A DNA stretch of 61,427 nt, the filler included. It is 7 parts of 7 records of this genome, joined end to end, with 100 filler letters (N's around TTAATTAATTAA, not from the genome) between each part and the next. Parts side by side here need not be neighbours in the genome. Positions count along the whole stretch, not along the records: positions 54,984 to 61,427 come from SRR31156797_54964; 6 more parts are not named here. One strand, given 5' to 3'. Below are positions 57,023-61,427 of the stretch, piece after piece (the first letter of the stretch is position 1; every line of letters begins with the position of its first letter). Under the pieces are notes generated by a model. It saw only the letters and a program-made list of their open reading frames with translations, was not told the DNA's origin and did not search any database. Both the position numbers and the translations under genes were made by a program.

Positions 57023-60000
57023 GACGTTATCCTCCGGTAGAGCCTATAGGGGCCAATGCTCTTTAGCACTGCGAGATTCAACTTCTCTTGATCGACATCA
57101 CCCTGCTGGGAAAAAATCGGCTGGACGATGCCCTGTTTGCCATGAACCACCTGTGCCGCCGCAGGTGTGAGGATCTCTCCCATGGAAGAGACCATGCATC
57201 CTTCGGGTGCAACATTGAGAATCAAGTCGTACCCTTTTTTCAACTTCGTGGCAACCTCCCCGATATAGGGAACAAGTTCTCCTCCGGGGCGACGTGTGGG
57301 GATAATCTTTGTCGCCGTTTTCAATACGGCGGGAAGGGCTTCCGGCAATTCAAGGCCCGCTGCCCTGTACAGCGGCTTTGCCAGTAGGTATCGCTGTGTT
57401 AAATATGCGGATTTGAGTTTCAACCACTGTTTTTGTTTCGAACGGACGAATTGTTGCTTCTCTTTTCGAAACGTGGTCGAGTGTGCCCGTGAAATTTCCA
57501 TCTTGCCTTCACGAATAGACTCTTCGGAACGCATCATGGATCCGGCAAGCTTGTATTCGAGGAAACCCCATAGCGGTGAATGGGTGAGGTGGAACCGGCG
57601 AAATCCCAATTGAGCAATGAGAACTTTCAGGACTACTTCCAATTGGGCAACGCGCATGTAAACTTCGCCTTCAATGTGGATTTTGATAGGGGCGTTCGTG
57701 ACCCGGAGCCGGTTCCATTTACTTGAAAAGGATCGGAGAGGACGTGTGAGCTGCCGGTCAAACAGGCGATAGGCCACATATTTTCCCACCCATCCCCAAA
57801 CTGGATTTTTCCCCTGCCTTTTGACCCAGGCCAATGCCCGATCGGACGGTTTAAGATTGTTTTCCTGAATTCGATACAGCTCTTTTTTCAAGGAAGCGTA
57901 GTCGCTTAGAAAGGTTTGGTACGTACGGTAATTCGAGCACTGGGATGCACCGGTCAACAGGAGCTGATGGAGCACCCCCTGAAGGATGATGCCTTGCATG
58001 CACCTCAAGTAGGCCCATTCGGGAAATCCTATGTTAAAGCCCTTGTTTTCATGGCCGACGAGGAATTTTAGCACAAAAGGGTCGGCGCTCTCGTGGTGGG
58101 AAAGGCCGTTTGAAGCAGTAATCTTTCGATGGATGAACAATTTGTGGGCTTCCACATACTGTCCCTGCCGACAGGGGCCCATCCCTTTGTTGTTGAAGAT
58201 CAGCAGGCGAGATCTACCCTTCACGGTGGCATCGTTTTCTTCTCTTCGTTTTGAAAAATCCTCTATGGCAAAAAGGATGTCGCCGTATACGGCGGCCAGG
58301 GGGGTGCAGACACCATCACCGGCCACGGTGCGTCCCTTTTTCACGGCTGCCTGGAGGTCGTAGCTCTCTTTATAATTATCGATACAGGCAAACCCGGCAC
58401 CACGAATGACGGCTGTAACGCTGCGGTTGTCCGAAAGGGTCGGCAGGTAGAAAATGTCCGTCTTTGGATTCAGCGGCTCACGGTTGGTCAATGTGTCGAG
58501 AAATTTCACCTCGAAATCTTCTTGATGGGGGGGGGCAGGTGTGTGGTGTAACTTTTTTCGAAGCTGTTTGACGTAGGTGTTCATCCGGTTTTCCAGGTGA
58601 GCCAGTTCCTGGATTACGGCGTCGGACTGAATTCGTAAAAAAGGTCGGTTTTTCGTCAGTTCATCCACCAGCGGGTTGGTGACGCTGTCCGGCCCGCAGA
58701 GGAAGGTGGATACCTGAACCAGCGCGATTTCATCCTCCGGGGATGTCTCGATTCTTTTAAAAAGGGTTTTAAAGCCAGGGTGGTTGACAGCCTGATGAAG
58801 TTTCCTTTTCGCTACTGCATCGGTCAATGTGGCGATAACGTGTGCATTTTTCCAGTAAAGGTGGTCGAATTCCGGATTGAGGTCTATATCGAGAATATGA
58901 CCCGGGATGCCTGCAAAACCTTTATCTCTTAGCAGGCGGCCGACATGGCTATCGAAAATTCCGGGATTGAGAATGTACTCCCGGCCTGTAACCAATGCGA
59001 CGGGCTGGCCATCCTCCATGGCTTTTTCGACCAAAGCGACGGCCCTGTTGCGGATGCTTCGCCTGAAGCGTGACTGCTCCTCCCAGGCATGGTTGACCAA
59101 CCTGCAAAATCGGCCGAATGAAGGTTTTTTCCCATACTGACGGTAAACCGGCATCAGTCGTGAATAGAGTTGTTGGGCGATTTCATCCGGCGGCAACCCC
59201 TTGAGGCTGAGGTGAAAGAGAAAGATTCGGCTTCCGGGAACCTTCGTCTCCGCCAACCCTTTGGCCACGGCCATGCCGCCTTGGTTGGTCGTGCAACTCC
59301 GACCCAGCGACCCCCCCCTTGTGGGTAAAAACTCTATCTGGGGTGACAGGATCATCCCGTGAGGTTCACCGGCCAGCCGTATCATCTGTCCGATTGCCCC
59401 GATGTGGGGGGCGCAGGTATCGATGTGGATATGGGATTGGGCGCATTTGATATCTGCAGCCATGACATTGTCCGTATGGACGGAAATACCCAATGGCTCG
59501 AACAACCGGCTGAAAAAAAAGGCCCATTCGGAAACGCAGAAGCTTCTTGGGATGATGAGCCGGTCTAAAGCCGTGGACCGGGGCATTTTGTCGTCCATCC
59601 ATTTCCAGATTTGTGTATAGGTGTCCGTTACGGGATTGTCTTTTTCCCGCCTGCCGTTTTGCAATTCGTTGACGGCCGTACATCCGCCCAAAAGGATGCT
59701 GAAATTTTGTTTTTCATTGCCGAGGCTTGTGAGAAGCGAACGGTTGCACCGCGCTTCGGGGTCACCGCAGGCAGCACCACGGCATTGTATGATCCGCTTT
59801 CGAAACCGGTATTGAATCAGATCATCCAAATGAAGTGTTTTTGATTTTTCCCCGCCCCTCTCCATGGAATGGATCAGGCCGATGCAGGCGCGGTGGCCTG
59901 GATCCGGGGGAACCAGGCAGTAGGCGGGGGGGCCGATGTGGGTTTGCAGCCTGTCCGCCGTGGCCAGTGTCAGCGGCAGTCCGCGCATGGTCTGGCCGTG

Positions 60001-61427
60001 GAGCAAAACGACGGCATTCTCCGGTAAGGCGAGCTGATTCCAAAGACTGTGCGCCATGTTTTCAACGATGGCACGAATGGCGGATGCGATGATCCGATCT
60101 TTGCCAATCCCTTCCGATTGGAGCCGAATGGCGTTTTCCATCAAAAAGACGGCGCAGGTGGCGTTGATGGCCAGTGCGTCAGGTGATTTCATCGCCATTT
60201 TGGATGCGGTCGGAATGTCGGGGATATCAAACATCGCTGTCAGCACATCCAGCAGACTGCCGGTACCCGCAGAGCACTTTATGTTCATGGCGTTGTCGAA
60301 CAGTTCGGACCGCTTGATGTCAATGGTTGAAATTTTGGTGTCTTCACCACCCACATCCACCAGAATACAGCGCTTTTCGTTGATCGGCCCCACACCGGCC
60401 TTTTTTAATCTGGTGATATGACGATGGACTTCATCCATGGAGCCCCGGGCGTGTGCATAGTTTTCGACCAGTACCGTGATATCGCCTATTATCTGAGGGT
60501 AGATGTTCTCCAAGGTCTTTTGTACCTGATAACGGGCGCTTCCCGTGATTCCGATTTTTTTTACCTGAAGTTCTTGAATACCCTGATCCCGGATTTCCTG
60601 AAAGATGGCCTTGATCGTCTCGATGGTGTCTCCAGCATTGCTGATGGCACTTTTAAACAGGATTTCCCGGCCTGCCCCGGCACAGACAACCGCCTTGGCC
60701 ATGGTGGATCCCACATCAAACCCGATGAATACCGGCTCATTTTTCAATCGTTCGGCCCCTTTGTCACAGATGGCGTGATCAGGGATCCGAAAATAACAGT
60801 GATTCTGAACGAGGACTTTTTGTGTCTCGGTAAATGAACGAATTTTTGGAAGGTCTTTTCGATGCTGAATCCGGTTTTCGCTAACGACGAAGTGCTTGCG
60901 GCCAATTTTTTCTTCTAAAAATCGCATACCGCGGATGGGAAGGTCGCCCTCCCGGTCGTGTTCGATTTTTTTGATGCCCATGTCCACCAAAAGATCCCGG
61001 GCACAGTCACGGGTAAACTGCCAGGCAAAGACTCCTCCTGTCAGCCAGACCGTTTGAAATGCGCCGGCAAGTTTGGCGCAAGCCTTGACAACCTCTGACT
61101 TCAAGGTGACGGCCAGAGCGAAATCGATTGGAATACCCTGGTTTTTGTCCGAAATGGTGGCCGATGAAGCAAAAACACCGCAGCGATCCGTCCGAACGTT
61201 GATCCGGCGGCGTTGTGTTTCGCCCTTTTCGCCCAGAAAGGAATCCAAAAGAGAGTCCACCGCATCGTGGGAGATGGCAAGCTTTTGAAGGATACGGTCG
61301 ATATTGATTCCGGACCCTGCGCCGCAGCGTGCATTGGCCGTTAACAGGCCGTTTTTCAATGTCCCGTTGGGTTCGACCCCAACTGCGGTATATCCAGAGG
61401 CCGATACCTCCATAACGGCTACCGATT
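57019..61427 (-). CDS. Multidomain CoA-substrate activase: two ASKHA/BcrAD-type ATPase domains, DUF2229 and a dehydratase-like domain (5'-partial)
   Basis: NARCGAGSG/RCGVF; GFDVGST, DVGGEDTK, MNIKCSAGTG, ATCAVF; DTCAP, FLCGPDS, RIQSD..HLENR; VCTPL, GPCRQGQY, GEVYMR, PEGCM. Confidence 0.88.
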   Translation of the reverse strand, partial: SVAVMEVSASGYTAVGVEPNGTLKNGLLTANARCGAGSGINIDRILQKLAISHDAVDSLLDSFLGEKGETQRRRINVRTDRCGVFASSATISDKNQGIPIDFALAVTLKSEVVKACAKLAGAFQTVWLTGGVFAWQFTRDCARDLLVDMGIKKIEHDREGDLPIRGMRFLEEKIGRKHFVVSENRIQHRKDLPKIRSFTETQKVLVQNHCYFRIPDHAICDKGAERLKNEPVFIGFDVGSTMAKAVVCAGAGREILFKSAISNAGDTIETIKAIFQEIRDQGIQELQVKKIGITGSARYQVQKTLENIYPQIIGDITVLVENYAHARGSMDEVHRHITRLKKAGVGPINEKRCILVDVGGEDTKISTIDIKRSELFDNAMNIKCSAGTGSLLDVLTAMFDIPDIPTASKMAMKSPDALAINATCAVFLMENAIRLQSEGIGKDRIIASAIRAIVENMAHSLWNQLALPENAVVLLHGQTMRGLPLTLATADRLQTHIGPPAYCLVPPDPGHRACIGLIHSMERGGEKSKTLHLDDLIQYRFRKRIIQCRGAACGDPEARCNRSLLTSLGNEKQNFSILLGGCTAVNELQNGRREKDNPVTDTYTQIWKWMDDKMPRSTALDRLIIPRSFCVSEWAFFFSRLFEPLGISVHTDNVMAADIKCAQSHIHIDTCAPHIGAIGQMIRLAGEPHGMILSPQIEFLPTRGGSLGRSCTTNQGGMAVAKGLAETKVPGSRIFLFHLSLKGLPPDEIAQQLYSRLMPVYRQYGKKPSFGRFCRLVNHAWEEQSRFRRSIRNRAVALVEKAMEDGQPVALVTGREYILNPGIFDSHVGRLLRDKGFAGIPGHILDIDLNPEFDHLYWKNAHVIATLTDAVAKRKLHQAVNHPGFKTLFKRIETSPEDEIALVQVSTFLCGPDSVTNPLVDELTKNRPFLRIQSDAVIQELAHLENRMNTYVKQLRKKLHHTPAPPHQEDFEVKFLDTLTNREPLNPKTDIFYLPTLSDNRSVTAVIRGAGFACIDNYKESYDLQAAVKKGRTVAGDGVCTPLAAVYGDILFAIEDFSKRREENDATVKGRSRLLIFNNKGMGPCRQGQYVEAHKLFIHRKITASNGLSHHESADPFVLKFLVGHENKGFNIGFPEWAYLRCMQGIILQGVLHQLLLTGASQCSNYRTYQTFLSDYASLKKELYRIQENNLKPSDRALAWVKRQGKNPVWGWVGKYVAYRLFDRQLTRPLRSFSSKWNRLRVTNAPIKIHIEGEVYMRVAQLEVVLKVLIAQLGFRRFHLTHSPLWGFLEYKLAGSMMRSEESIREGKMEISRAHSTTFRKEKQQFVRSKQKQWLKLKSAYLTQRYLLAKPLYRAAGLELPEALPAVLKTATKIIPTRRPGGELVPYIGEVATKLKKGYDLILNVAPEGCMVSSMGEILTPAAAQVVHGKQGIVQPIFSQQGDVDQEKLNLAVLKSIGPYRLYRRITS

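Overview
This window is not one locus. It joins seven unrelated contigs with 100-nt N/TTAATTAATTAA linkers, so synteny only counts within a contig. (1) 1-18868, Desulfobacteraceae-like: several orphan or decaying solute-binding-protein genes, a double-rubredoxin/glutamate-synthase-FMN fusion with rubrerythrin, a phosphoesterase plus Ser/Thr kinase-DUF1566 pair, flavoproteins, a diguanylate cyclase, a MOT1 transporter, TIGR03790, and a purine riboswitch with non-canonical loops ahead of an NCS2 permease and a PRTase. (2) 18969-24569: a hydC-hydB-hydA [FeFe]-hydrogenase operon whose HydB is fused to a GltD/NfnB-like module. (3) 24670-30265, spirochaete-like: degenerate SelB-like protein, lipoprotein, TPR-Mrr/metallophosphoesterase/ParB-like operon and a TPR protein. 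(4) 30366-38431, Desulfobacteraceae-like: histidine kinase, a candidate ~95-nt sRNA, Fe-ADH, sigma54-driven FrhB-like gene, SH3 protein, aldolase/DAC-domain/CooJ-like operon and rocD. (5) 38532-45142: PAS kinases, an atypical receiver protein and DUF374. (6) 45243-54883, AT-rich and Bacteroidota-like: cbb3 oxidase cluster with an extra cytochrome c domain on CcoNO, plus an MBOAT gene. (7) 54984-61427: a giant CoA-activase/dehydratase-like fusion coupled to an OYE-type enoate reductase. No CRISPR arrays, tRNA/rRNA genes or intact transposases were seen. Taxonomic labels and family names come from motif recognition only; no searches were run.
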